This document shows, in pieces, positions 13,801 through 26,709 of a stretch of DNA of 64,000 nucleotides. The stretch comes from Chrysomallon squamiferum. Its lineage: Eukaryota; Animalia; Mollusca. How positions within the stretch are numbered: the stretch's first letter is position 1; the number at the start of each line of letters is the position of its first letter. The position numbers were made by a program, and so were the translations under genes. The stretch covers positions 11,966,001-12,030,000 of the forward strand of contig CM022665.1 in assembly GCA_012295275.1 (NCBI GenBank), read 5' to 3'. The notes beneath the pieces were generated by a model. The model had not been told where the DNA came from. It was given only the letters and a program-made list of their open reading frames with translations, and made no database searches.

Positions 13801-16800
13801 TACTGAACAGTGTTTCAAGATTTTCCCTGGTGTATTGTCTGAATTTTGCCCACCATCTTCAACTTCCAGCATTTTATCTCCATCAGATTGACTGGCTTCA
13901 ACTGTATCAAGAGTGGTTCTTTTAACATCATTTTGACAATAATTCTTAATTTTCTCTCCCAAAGAAGAATTACTTGCTATACTCCCAAAATCTGACTCTT
14001 CACGTAGGGTTAGGTGCCTGGTACGGTTATCGTTTGATCCAATATCCAAATCCTTCATGTGAAAATCAGAGGAAGAGTTAACCATAGAATCAGCAGAAGA
14101 ATCAAAACACACTGAAGATACCATCTTCGGTACATCAATATTCTCTTTCTGATTTAAATAAACATAAGACACAGCATTGACATGATCTAGTCCTCCCAGA
14201 TTGGCTGCAACCTTTTTCAAGATGTCTGCACTATCCAGATCACCTGTGATTGTTCCTAGATACTGAACAGGTAATGATGTGCTCTTCTCTACAGACACTT
14301 CTTCATGTGAGTTTGGAACCACCTCAGTCTCAGAGAGTCTATGACTGGACAACATCTGTGTTTCAGTATTTCCAGACTCTGACAGTGTTCTGCATGCTCT
14401 TCTGCCTGTAGAGGATAATATCGGCCTTTCAGACAAAACAGAATCAGTTTTATTTTCAAACCTTGATCCATCACTTACTGTACAGGATTTTGAAGATTTT
14501 AACATGCCAGCATTAACATCTTTCACATTTCCTGATTTATGTTTAAAATAGTCTGACTTATTATCTTGGTTTGATTCTGCAACAGCACTAGATGAAACAT
14601 CATCAGAAATTGGAGGAGTCACTCTTTCTTCTTTAATTGGTTGCTGAAGAATAACCTTTGTTTCTGAACTGTTTCTTGCTCTGTCTTTTGAGCTGGAAGT
14701 TGTAGCAGAATCAGAATTTAATTTCTGTTTCATTTTAGATAATGTAACATCGTCCAGAAGAGAAACAAGATGTACTGAATTTGATTGTTTGTGATGAGAA
14801 ATACCAGATTTATTTGGTCTTTGTGCTGAACTCAGTGAATCAGAACTGGCTGGTTTCTGACTGCTAGAACTGAAATCTTTTTTCTTCTGTTCTGAATTTT
14901 GTGATGTAAGGCTGCCTGACATCTGACCTGTTAAATCACTTTGTCGCTGAATTGGACTGACTAATGCAGTACATGCTTTTACCTGATTTGTGCAAGTGAA
15001 TGATGGACTGATTTGTACTAAAGGAGCCACAGAAGCAGCTGCAATCTGACTGACAGAACTGTGTGAATTCTGTTTCAGTAATTGTTTGGTTAATGCTGAT
15101 GGTATCTGAGACTTTTGCTGAATTTGAATACTTGAACTCGGTTTGCTAAATACACTGTGTTGCTGAATGTCATGGTTATGGCTTAATGCCTTAGCTGCTG
15201 ACACCACCAGACTGTCAGTATCATTAGATACAGAAACAGTACACTGTGATGATGGGTAATCTGCTAAACCAGTCCCTGATGTGCAAATGACTGCTCTGGT
15301 TGCACCATTTTGGGGAGTAAAAGATTCTGCTGAAACATCTGCTGATGATATTGAGACATTACTAAATTGTTGCTGAGCAGTTTGCTGAAATGATGGCTTA
15401 GATGCTCGTATTGTGTTCTGATGTTCACTGCTGCCTGGTACACTAGATGAAGTCACATTTTCTAACACACTGTTAATCCAGCTATTCTCCATATGTAAGG
15501 ATGCCATTGAACGTGGACCACTGATACAGTGGTTTAATGTTCTGTCACTTTCTACAACAGTAGACAGAGATGCTGAAGATGAGTTTGATGCTAGGGTATC
15601 TGAAAAATTAAAATAACAGTGAAATGATTTCATTGTTAGAAATTCTGTAAATATGCCAGCTAGCCATCAACTTACTTATTACTAAACTAAAACCAATTTA
15701 AGTTGTAATATTTTATGCATGAAATGAAGGATGAAAAACAAAAATCAAAAGTAATCCACAAGATTATTTTTCAAAATTATCTAAGAAAATTTGAAAAGAG
15801 TAAATAAGAATAATATAAATCTACCAAATAAGTATCATGACAATTTTACCTTGAAACAGTCTAGTTGTTGTTGTTTATTTTTTATATTTTTTAATATTTT
15901 TTTTAAACTTTTCTTTAAAAAAACCAAACTTACTATTTATGAGTTGAATTCTTTCTTCTCTCAAGCTTCTGATTTCATCTTGAAGCTGAAAAAAATATTA
16001 AACAATTACCAAAAAATGTGTTTTTCACATAAAACAAATTTGTAGACTTTTGAGTTAGAAAAAGGCAACAGGATACAAACATTATACATCTCAAATTAGA
16101 ATCAGATACTATGATGTTATCCCAATACCCACTGCTGTTACAGTCTGAAGTTATTTCTTTTATATCTATTTTAATATCATTATTTGAACACTGCAGTAAC
16201 TTAAATCATGTATCACCATTATAAAATTAAAATTCACCATAACAAACCTAAAATTAGACTAGTATTTTAACAATTTAAAATTTGTGTTCTGGTATGATTA
16301 CCTTTGTCTGTCTGTTGTCAAAATTAGCCAGGTGACTGAGTATTTGTTGCAGCCAATTGTGCAGTCGTGCCATTCTCATTTGAACACTTTCTAACTCAGC
16401 CTGCTTCTCCTCTTCTCTTTGTGACAAAGAAATAATTGATGACAGAGTGATGTCTGACAGTGATCCAGAAGGTGCTGTTGAGTGGAGTGATGAATGGTAC
16501 GTTGATGAGGATGTCATAGTAGACCTTATTTCTGATGATGTTACAGCAAGGTCAGGACCTGGATCTGCTGATTAAAAACATATAAAAACAAGTGAAATGT
16601 GATTGGCAACGATGCTTGCAGTAATTCCATTCATTATCTTTTTTTTTTTTTGTTAAATACAAGAGAAAAATATAAATGAAATGAGCTAATATTTAAATAC
16701 TCATTGGGATATAAGTTTTTAGAATTTGATTCAGTAGTCTGAAATTCAGTGCTTGTTTGTACACGAAATGTACACCATTACAAAATTGATGTTGAACTCA

Positions 16801-17016
16801 AAGACAACTGATAATAGTGTCTACTTAATACTATGTCTATGAAATATATCTGAAATAATCAATCAGAACGATTCTGGGGTAATTTGAATATGAGATAGTT
16901 AATCTGAAAAACTGTATTTTTCACATACCTGTGTGGGAGGACTGTTCATGGCCATTAATTGTAGTATGTTCAGTTCTTTCTTCTGAAGAAATTTCCTGAT
17001 CAACAGCAAAATCTCC

Positions 17017-17050
<34 letters not shown>

Positions 17051-17051
17051 A

Positions 17052-17096
<45 letters not shown>

Positions 17097-20000
17097 AAAA
17101 AAAAAAAAATAATGAAACAAACAGGTTGTTTTATTCAACAGCATCTCCATTTGGATTTCATCAAATACTGGCAACCAAAAGATAGGTACTCTGAAATACT
17201 GTCTTTCATGGATACTGTTTATCTTTACTTTGGTAACACAGCATATTTTATTTTACAACTTTAGACAAGAAAACACATATTACAGCCTTTGATAGGTAAT
17301 TTTGGTACAGAGCTTGAGAAGGATTTGTATTGTTATAGATCAAACTTTATGACCAGCATTCTAACCTCTGAATTAGTCCATTAAAACTAATAAGTAATTT
17401 AAATATATAATTATAACAAATATAAACAAAAACTTAATGGGATACGTGGTAAAAAAAAAAAAAAAAAAGGTATTTTTTATGTTATGGAAATGAAATAATA
17501 CCCTTTTGTTACCATAAAAAAGTTGTACTAGTTTATTTTTTATGACAAAGGGTTAATTTTTCTGACTTTTTTCAATATTATGGTACTCCATTTCATGAAC
17601 ATCTCCAACCCAAACCTGCATACATATATCACTGAAAGAGCTGGGTTCATTATAGACATGTGTTTCTACAAAACAACTGAAAGAAATTAGTCTTTACATA
17701 CTTCAAAAGAAATATATATAATTTTTTAAATAAAATGTTTTTCTTTCATATTTTGAAACTACATAAAAGTTATTCAAAAGTTACAAAAAAGAATAGTTAA
17801 TTCTTCCAAGATTTTCTTTCTGTCATTTTGTAGTGTTTGTTTCTAAATATTCCAAATATGGAATCTCTAACACAATTAGTTTTCATGCAGCATCTTCATA
17901 AAAATGTTAGGATAGTACAAAAAATGGTATGTTATAATAAAAAAGTTTTTTTTACAAATGAAGTTTTATAAACAACATTTCCATCTATTATGCTTATAGG
18001 GATGATGTTATGCAGTATTATTATGTTATCTGTGTATATGCATTTCCTTTTACAAAAAACCTGAAACATTTATCTGAAAAAGTAAATTCTTAATATATTT
18101 TTTACTAAATGGTCAAGTCAGAAACAAAAAAGATTTGGTTTATTTTTGTCATATTTTGCCTAATGTGTCCCCTCAACAGAGGTATTATGTGTTTGTATCA
18201 AAGTTATAATGTGAAATGAGAAGATGATTCCCCTTATGTGTCTAGAAGTCAAAGTTGTTTCTTTTATAGAAGAAAAAGTAGGTGGTGGGGAATTATCACA
18301 TTTGAGAATTAAAGTTAATAATTACACTTCTATTCTGGCTACTTTCAGCAACAGCTGCTCCTGTTTCCAATGGTGTGGGGGACGGACTAACCAAATCAGC
18401 CAATGTTAACTCCCTGCTATCCAACACTGGTTCCTGTTTGGCTGGTCTCTCATTGAAATCTCCATCTACATCCATCAGCTTGTCTAAACTGGACTGCTTT
18501 GCAGTATGCTTTTTATATGGCAACGTCTTAGATTTTGATGAGTCTGCTGTGTCGAATTCTGCAATATCATTCTGAATCAATTCTGCAATCTGCATTTTAA
18601 CCTGAGGTGATAAATCTTCCAGTGTTATTTCCGACATTTCTTCCTCGTCAAAATCAAAGCTGTTATTGTCATACAGGCCACTTAACTGTATGTTCAGGCG
18701 AGAAGGTGCCAACTTATTCTGAGATTTACTGTGTGAACGAACAATCTGTGCCAGCTGAAGTCTTTCTTTTCTCGACCGTGGAGCGTTAACCATTTTTGCA
18801 AGAGAGTCTTTACTCATTGGTCCTTTATCTTTTCCGAGAGTTCTGCCTGTTAGCTTTGGATGCTGTGTTCCCTCCTGAGTTTTTTCTTTCTGAGTGTTAT
18901 TTTCACATGATGATCTAGCAAATCGTTTAGTTCCTCTAACACTGCTTTCTATTTCATGCCGTATTTTGTCAATGCCCGATTTTGAAGGAAGAGGTAATGA
19001 ACTGATCCTGGCTTCCTCACTATGCGAGATTTTCACCACCTCTATATTTGAATCATTATTTTGTGAATGTGATGATCCTAAAATGTCACCATTTTCTGTT
19101 AAAGTTGTTAGTGGTGATAATATTTGTTCATTAGCATCAAGATGTCCCTTTAAATATGCTTTATTGGTTTTGGTTAATACAGCAATCTGACTGTTCAAAG
19201 CTTTCTGTTTTTGGTTCAAGAGTAACTTATTTTTAGTCTTCTGAGCATTTTGACGTTTTTCTCGGAGTTCTCTGCAAAGTTTTTCTGCAGTTTCTAACAC
19301 GCTATTTCTTGAAGAGGTCTGATGACAATTTTCTGATATTTCCTCCTCTGTAATTTTATCTGATTTCTTTCCTGGAGAAAATCTTGAACTACTTGCTGTA
19401 TTCTTAGGTGAAGCTTTGCCACCAAATCTTTGTCTTATGGGAGTAACAGTTCGTTTTCTTTGCACAGGGCTGCTGACTTTTTGACCAGCTGAATCTTTTG
19501 AAGATGATACACATCGGTCAGAGGACACAGCTTCAAGCTGATTCTCTGAAAAGCCTAAACTTGCATGTGCTAACTCAACAAATGGATTTTTATCAGTGGA
19601 TGTTTTCAGGAAATCTCGGCTTGGTGAATTTGCAGGTGAAGCATGGCGTTTACGTAATTCTGAAATGAATTCAGCCTTCTTAGAAGCCTTTGATGCTGAT
19701 GACTCCCCTTCACTATCCCGAGATCTCTTGCGTCCACTTGAATGTTCCAAAGGTTCTGGATTTGAACTAGAGACAACTGGAGATCCTTCTCTGCTTTCAT
19801 TTTTGTCTGATCCTTCAGCAACCTCATGGTTTTTAAAAGATTTGGTTCTGCTGGCAGCATCATCTGGTTTGACTTGATTTCCAAATGCTTGACTTGGCAT
19901 TCTTTTCTTGCCTGAACTATCTCTTTTATTTCTGTGATGATAATTCATTTCTTCTTCATATGTATAGAAAGGAGGTGGCTCCCTATCCCACTGAGCATCA

Positions 20001-21995
20001 TGCCAGTGTGGGTTCTCAAAACTAGTGTCATCAGAATAATCAGGATGACTGTGATGAAATGATGAGTGGTCCCACTTGTTGGACTTAGCAAAGTCTCTTG
20101 GAGGTCGTTCAATTTGGCCACTTTGAGAATATCTATTGAAATCTCTTCTTTCATTAGAAAACTGTCTTGAATTTCTTTTATAGCCATCTCTAGGGCTGAA
20201 ATCCTTGAAATATTCATCGTTAGGATGCTCAAAGTGTCTCTTACCAAAGTCTCTTGGTGGTCGTTCTAGAGGATCTCTACTGTATCTGGGTCGAAAGCCT
20301 GAAAAATGGTAAGGAGGAAAATCTCTCTGTGGTTCAAAATACTCATGTTCTTCAAAATTAGATCTGTTGGCAAATTGTCCATGCTTGGACCACTGCTTAC
20401 TGTAGTGTCTTCTGTATTCTGGTTGAGGAGGATATGATCTCTGGAGAAAATCGGGATTTGGTAGGAAGTTTCTAGTGGTAAATGGATAAATATCATCGCT
20501 GTGATCTGAGTTATGCCAAGATGAGTCTCTGATGTTGTTGTTACCAAACTGAAAAGTGTTGTCACTGTCAGTCAGATCTTGCTCTGGTTCTCTACAAAAC
20601 AAAAACATATTTCTAAACTCAATTATCAATAATTGTTTTGTTAATTTAATACTGTATCACATCACTGTGTTATTACAAATAAAATGATTTGAAGACAATG
20701 TTCTAATTAGGACTCAAATTTATTAAACCTCTAACTTTATTGAAAACCTATCATAAAGAAAGCAAATCTATACGTTGCTTTCTACATCTACAGATGATCA
20801 AGAATATTATTAAATGATAACCAGGCTGTTATGAACAATGTTATGTAAATATGGTACAACCTTTTCCCTCTAATAAATGAGCCATTTGGAAGGGTTACTG
20901 AGAATGGACCATGGCTTAAAATACCTCAATGACTGATTTGTTGGAACATTTGTTGCCTGTTTCGCACTGTTATCTTTTGTCTTTTTACAATCCTCTGCAT
21001 ATTTTTCAATGGCTTTCTGGTGTTTTTCTCCAGTAAGATGTTTTCTGTATTCACTAATTGAGGAACAAGTTGCATAACAAAGTGTGCAATTGTGTAATGA
21101 ATTTCTGAAAAGAGAGAAATAATCATTTAAGTAAAATGTTTTTGCTAAAGTGATCCTTGCAGTACTAAAATGGGAATAATTAAATTGCTAATTCTGTGGG
21201 TTTAATTATTTATCAGGATTACCTTGTGACATTCGAATGATTAAAATATAAGATATTACAATCTGAATGAACAGGCAATTTATTTTAGTGAAATAAGCAT
21301 TTTGATATTACAAATAAATACATACTTTTTCTTTTCTTCAATTTTCATATGATGCATCAAAGACCAGAAATGTTCTTTCAAATCCTGTTAGAAAAATATT
21401 TGTTTAAAGAATCATATAGTTTTTGCAGAATGATGGTATCACAAGCTCTCAAGTGGTTATTCATTCTCAGAGGAATATTTCTTTGATAAGAATATAACAA
21501 ATCAATTTTATAATCCAAACATACATTAGACAGTAGGTATGTTACTGGTGATATACCAACTTGCACTAGAATGGTACAACCATTTGTCATTTCTATTAGA
21601 CATGTTTGCCTATGACATTTATTTTCAGTATATAAAGAATTATTTTATTTAATAAAATGGTTAAATATTTCATTAGTTTCCACAAAAGTGTCATTTATAA
21701 ATATATTGGACACTGTTAATATCAGTAAGTACAAATAAATGTTTTTCAAATAATAATAATAAAACATTATAAATATTAAATTTAATTTTTATCTCCAACA
21801 GTAACAAGTAAATTTTATATCTGCTTGAATATGAAATCTGGCTAACATTTTATTTTTTTTCAAGAATGAAACAAACAGTAACAAAATAACATTAAATATA
21901 ACCACCTGTTCATTAGTGTATGAAAGTTTGCACAAGTTACATGTTTGAGAAACATTTTCTTTGTCTTCCTTTGACTGTATCACAGGTTCTGTCAT
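4840..21995 (-). CDS. ZNF106: Zinc finger protein 106 orthologue (C2H2 fingers + WD40). Coding exons in transcription order: 21906-21995, 21326-21384, 20925-21104, ~18326-20591, 16929-17016, 16302-16567, 15934-15985, 13433-15599, 12637-12829, 12092-12226, 11570-11686, 10912-11100, 10601-10663, 9836-9955, 7239-7313, 6542-6613, 5075-5218, 4840-4941 (6378 nt, about 2125 aa)
   Basis: N-terminus CNLCKLSY..EQDLKEHFWSLMHH and CTLCY......EYRKHLTGEKH; conserved coiled coil LSQREEE...LQDEIRSLREERIQL; WD40 repeats (DAHSGLPIRILSGH, VFSGSGDKTIMVHD, LFSAGFDGLVRCFD, LYTGNRKG); C-terminal CRSPGCNYVFGLRDHLLHHILTDH...RCPWKDC...VVEEHLRKH, closely matching the ZNF106 C-terminus. Exon phases close to a multiple of 3. 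The donor at 18326 is weak and is the least certain boundary. Confidence 0.9.
5811..6030. other. GC-rich intronic island with strong predicted secondary structure (candidate ncRNA or structured element, unidentified)
   Basis: About 50% GC with several CpGs in a CpG-poor intron. Visible stems: ATTCTTGTCACTGTGGAC with GTCCCAGTGACACGAGAAT; TGCCT/AGGCA enclosing CTCA/TGAG and GTTCCC/GGGAAC hairpins. Confidence 0.45.
17020..17110. repeat. poly(A)-(AAT)n-poly(A) low-complexity tract, forming the polypyrimidine tract of ZNF106 exon 16929-17016
   Basis: Directly visible simple repeat next to the AAG acceptor on the minus strand. Confidence 0.9.
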
Positions 21996-22954
21996 CGTCT
22001 ATGAACTAGTACCATTTAACAGAAGGAGATCTAGTACAGTATAAATCTAAATGTGAGTATCAGTTGTAAAAAACAAATGGTAAAAATATTATGTATAAAC
22101 ATTTATCTGCTGAAGAAATACTAACACACTGTTCATTGTAAACTGCATAGTTATACTGCAAACACCTTCTGTTTAAAACTATAAACAGATTAGAGTGTAT
22201 CCATATGAAAAAATATATTCTTCATTGGTATGCATGAAGTTGTCTTGAAGAACCCAATTAAGCTAAAATTGCATTACATAACTTCAGTAATGTATTTTTC
22301 CCCAGAACAAAATGTATATAATAATATATAATTTTGATTTTGTTTTTTTTTACCTTAAAATATTTTTCATAAATTTTATATTTTAACATGATTTAAGAAC
22401 AAAATGCATGATTTCATTATATTATATAAATAATGTAGTTCTGATATATATATATTTTTAAATTATTATGATTAATAATACTAATTACATTATGATTCTC
22501 AGGTCTACACACGTTCTGACAAGTCACAAGCGGGTCAAAATTGATAATTAACAAAATACGTAATATGCATCACGATACACCTAATTAATGAGTTGATTTT
22601 AATTAGCATTTATAGTAATGAAATAAGATACGCCTTTTTAAAAAAATGTATTGAAAGGAACAAGCATCAGGCATACGTCAACAGAGGTTCTGAACAAAAA
22701 CAAACTAACAAACATGTCTTCCATAGTTCCTTTTCTTTTAGTGAAATTCCTCCACGATAGCTATTTTTTTTTCAAGAGCGTTAAAAATAACATTACAAAA
22801 TGTTTTTGGGTTATATGTCATCCATGTAAGGTTACTATTGGTTTTTGTGGGGGCTTTTTTCTTCATATAATTAGAAAGAATCCAGAAGAGGGAAAATAAA
22901 CCTTTTTCATTTTTGGGGGAAATTGTATTACAAAATTAAAACCAAAACCAAATA

Positions 22955-23045
22955 GCTAAATGTGCGCGATTTTCCGCCTTCTTCGTAGGGTAGTTGTCCG
23001 TCATTTAACGCACCTCAAACAAATTCTCGAGAGATTCTCCACGAA
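22955..23045 (-). promoter_or_regulatory. Candidate ZNF106 promoter (CpG-containing island)
   Basis: Local CpG enrichment (gcgcgattttccgcc, ttctcgagag) about 1 kb upstream of the ZNF106 ATG in otherwise CpG-depleted DNA; TTTCCGCC resembles an E2F/ETS site. TSS not determinable. Confidence 0.45.
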
Positions 23046-23055
23046 TACAAATATT

Positions 23056-23092
23056 AATAAAATAAAATAAAATAAAATAAAATAAATAAAAA
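23056..23092. repeat. (ATAAA)n microsatellite
   Basis: Directly visible pentanucleotide repeat. Confidence 0.85.
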
Positions 23093-24504
23093 TCTACGTA
23101 TCTATCAATACTGTCACAAGCACTAATATTTTATTTTCAGTCAACTATTTAACGCAATACCCCAAACCATTAAATTAGTATACGTTCATCCTATCTTGAT
23201 TCAAGTTAGAATTTGAAGATATGTTTAATTTTGTAGGATTTTAATAATTTATTGTCAAATGCATTTTTCGACAAATAAAAGCAGTTTTCTTCATCGAAAA
23301 AAAAGAAGAAAAAAAGAGAAGACATCTATTTCTCAGTTAAGAAACACTGATACACACACACGCGCGCACTTTAACCAGCGGTGTAGCATGGAGAGCCAGC
23401 GGCCAGGGCAGGGCAAATACAGCGCCCGCTTAGTTAGCCCTCTCGTAGTCCTTTCCACCACTCCGGTAGTGGACCCCTCCCCCCAGCCAGGCAAATGTAT
23501 TTTAAGAAAATAGTGACATAATTGAAGTATAGGGAGATTTTCTTTGTGAAGAGCAGGGCACGCTATTTTATTACAACCTTTTATTTTTTATTTTTTCCTT
23601 TGATAATTTTGCGCCTGGAACCACCTTCCCGGTGACACCGATGACAATACCTGGGATCAGGAATAATAACTGAATATTAAAATTCATATATTCTCACGAA
23701 ACACGTATTCGTGCTAATTATCAACTCTCATGTGTCGAAGTCGGATTATATGGGCTTACCTAGTTGCACTGAACTCCTCAGGCCTAAAAGAAAAAATAAT
23801 AAAATAAATAAAACAGATGTTCACCGTGTGTAACCTCTCATTTTCTGAATGATTTCAAGCTGAACTGGATGCCAGCTTCACATTTTGGTTTGTTGATGCA
23901 GACGGCATCACGGCAAGCATTCAAATACTACTATTATTATTATCTTCTATGTTTAACTTCTTTTAAAATATTCGTCTTTCTGCTCAGGCTATTAATAAAA
24001 TCAGTTATACACATTATACAGTGAGCATTTACTTCCCATATGAATACTCTACAAGAAGTATATTCACATATCTTAATGAGTAAAGAAATAAACTGTTGTA
24101 TAGATTCTTTTACACTTCATCAGAACTGATCAAACTGATAGCTATGCGACATTTATTCACATTCTAACACTCAGCCTCTAGTGTTATAATGGTTAAGGTT
24201 CTCTTGTTGATACCAAAACATGGTGACTAACTAGCTAGTTAAATAATTAATTAATTAAAGAATAATTCTTAAAATTATTTTATTATTGCATTTAATCATT
24301 TAATTCTGGACATAATTATAAGGAACCATCCTTGTATCAAAGATAACTACAAATAATACAATGTTTTTAACATTAACATATTTTTAAATCTCCGTCAACT
24401 GGATGGTTCATATTAATATTAAAAACTGAACAAGAAAACTGAAATATCTAAAAATTCGATCTTGTCAAAGGATGTAAGATTTAACCTCTGACTGACAAAC
24501 CGAA

Positions 24505-24649
24505 GAAGTATATATGCGCATGCTCAGTGGTGTCTCCGAAAATCGTATAGGCCCTTTCAGTGCGAATTTATGTGACGTCAAGCCGGCGGCCATTTTGGGC
24601 GATTTGTCAATTTATTGACACACGTTAATACATTTAAGTGGTTTGGTTG
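24505..24649 (+). promoter_or_regulatory. Candidate SNAP-25 promoter and non-coding first exon
   Basis: NRF1-like TGCGCATGCT (24515-24524), perfect CRE TGACGTCA (24573-24580), YY1-type GCGGCCATTTTG (24586-24597), then a consensus donor TG|GTAAGT at 24649/24650 that could splice to the acceptor at 28040/28041. Confidence 0.65.
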
Positions 24650-26709
24650 GTAAGTAATCTCTGACTGAGAAGTGAAAGTTTTATTAGGAATAAAATAACA
24701 AAATAATAAGATAGGGAGAGAGGTGACATTCTTATTTGTTTCGTGGCCTTATGCGTATTTACGAAATAAATCCGGTCTAAATCAAAACAATATTACTGCC
24801 ACTCACTTCGGTGACATTTTTGCGATGGGTACATACGCCAAATATTTTTTACTATGAATCGCTAAGTATCCGAATTTAAGTCGTAGTTTCGAATATATAC
24901 ATTTAAATCGTGAAACGTATGTTTTACCAAGAACAATTATACTGGGTAATGAAAAGTAATTAATATTGTGTCGTCTGCTAGCACTGTAAAGTAGGTGTAT
25001 CTGAAGCAATAACGAGAAAGATTGATATTTTATATATAACAGTTGAAACCATATTCGTTTCTTCTTCTTCTTTTTTTCTCTCGTATTTTGTATTCTGCCA
25101 CTGTTTATGATTTTCTGTCCTGTTGCCATAACTTGAAGATACAAGCAGTTCTTCAGGTTGGTCTGTAGTGAAAGAATAGGCTGAAAAAGTGAAAAGGAAA
25201 ATAAACAGTTCATTATTCACAAAGATCTCTTGTGAATTGTTTAACACATACAGTTCAAATTTCATTTTCTTGTTTGCTTCAAAATTATATTATTATGCTA
25301 TGGCAATCTTGCAGTTCAGGCCTACTTCTTAGCAGAGGTTTTGCTCAGTATCTTGCTATGAGGTTTTTTGCAGATATAAAAAGATCATATAAAAATTTAT
25401 TTACCAATTTTGCTTGTTAAGCCTGTTAAATCAATCAATTTTTAAAACATTTACAGAGGCAGCTATACTAGTGTGGTAACTGATGTACCTGAAACAAGTC
25501 TAATTTTCTTTAGATCAATTTTTATTAACAAAATGAAATAAATAAAATATAATGTAATAAAAAGCCACAAACTTTTCAGAAAGTAGACCGATGCTGCCCC
25601 TTAAACTAGTTTTGATTATGAAGTACTTTTTTTAAAAATAAAAGTTGCAAAATATGTAAAACCTCAGCTAACAGAGAATAGATCTAAATTGCAAGATTAT
25701 CTATGCTGCCTGTTAATACATTACAAGGTCTTAAATTATGTCAGAAATAAATGGGTTTTTTTTGGTTTAATCTGAAAGGTTAGTGAACTAAGGCAAACAT
25801 TTCCTTCAAAAGGCAATATAATTTTTATCAAGTTTTTGTGGCTGCAGCTTAGTTATAATTGAATCACTTGTACCTAGTGGCTGCTGAATGAATTTATAGT
25901 TTATAACCTTTTTTAAATTCTGTCCTGCTGTGGCATTTCTTGTTTACAAGTAAAGAGAACAAATACCTAATGTTATTTTAAGGCACCAAGGCAGGTAAGA
26001 AGGGCAACTATGGTGTAATTTGAATCCTCTTTGTGTGTGTTTGTGTGTTAACTTCATGAAATTTAGGATATTATTTGATTAATTACATGGTTAAAATAAT
26101 TTTTGCAACCATATGAACTAAATTTTGAATAATTTATCTTTTAAGAGTTGCACAAATTTAAAAACAACATGCAACTTAAAATATTATTGGTTAACATTTT
26201 GTGATTACCATAATATTGTTTAATAATTTATTAAGTAGCAGCTGGTCTGTTACATTAAATGTACTTACATATTGGACAATTGTTTGTGAAAAAGACCGGT
26301 ACAGACATAATACAAAAACAGTCATTTCATTATCTAATAACATGAAATGGGCGAGTTATAAAATTAAAATGGATATAATAAAATAATTGTTTGAAATACT
26401 CTGTGAAAAGTATAGTTAAAAAGCTATGTCCAAGTTTCTTTAAATTTTAATATACCTTGTTTTAGACCTACTAAACTTAGAAAGTATACATTGTCAATCA
26501 AGTATTATTATCCTGTTTTTATAACATATAAGGACAAAGAAATCATGTGAACAAAATGTATATAATTTTTTTTGTTTTTCTTTTTATGCAAGCCTTTCTC
26601 TGTGTAAAATTTTAGCCCAGGAAGTTTGTAACTACATTTACCTATGAAAATACTATATTCTCTGCAGATATAAACAAAAAAAAAAAAAAAAAATACAAAC
26701 TTTTTACAG

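Noticed and set aside
13417-15633. 738-aa ORF as a stand-alone gene
   Set aside because: It is an internal ZNF106 exon (13433-15599) with splice sites in phase with its neighbours; the ORF ends are intronic.
18296-20629. 777-aa ORF as a stand-alone gene, and the overlapping antisense or alternative-frame ORFs
   Set aside because: Internal ZNF106 exon; the overlapping ORFs are shadows of coding sequence.
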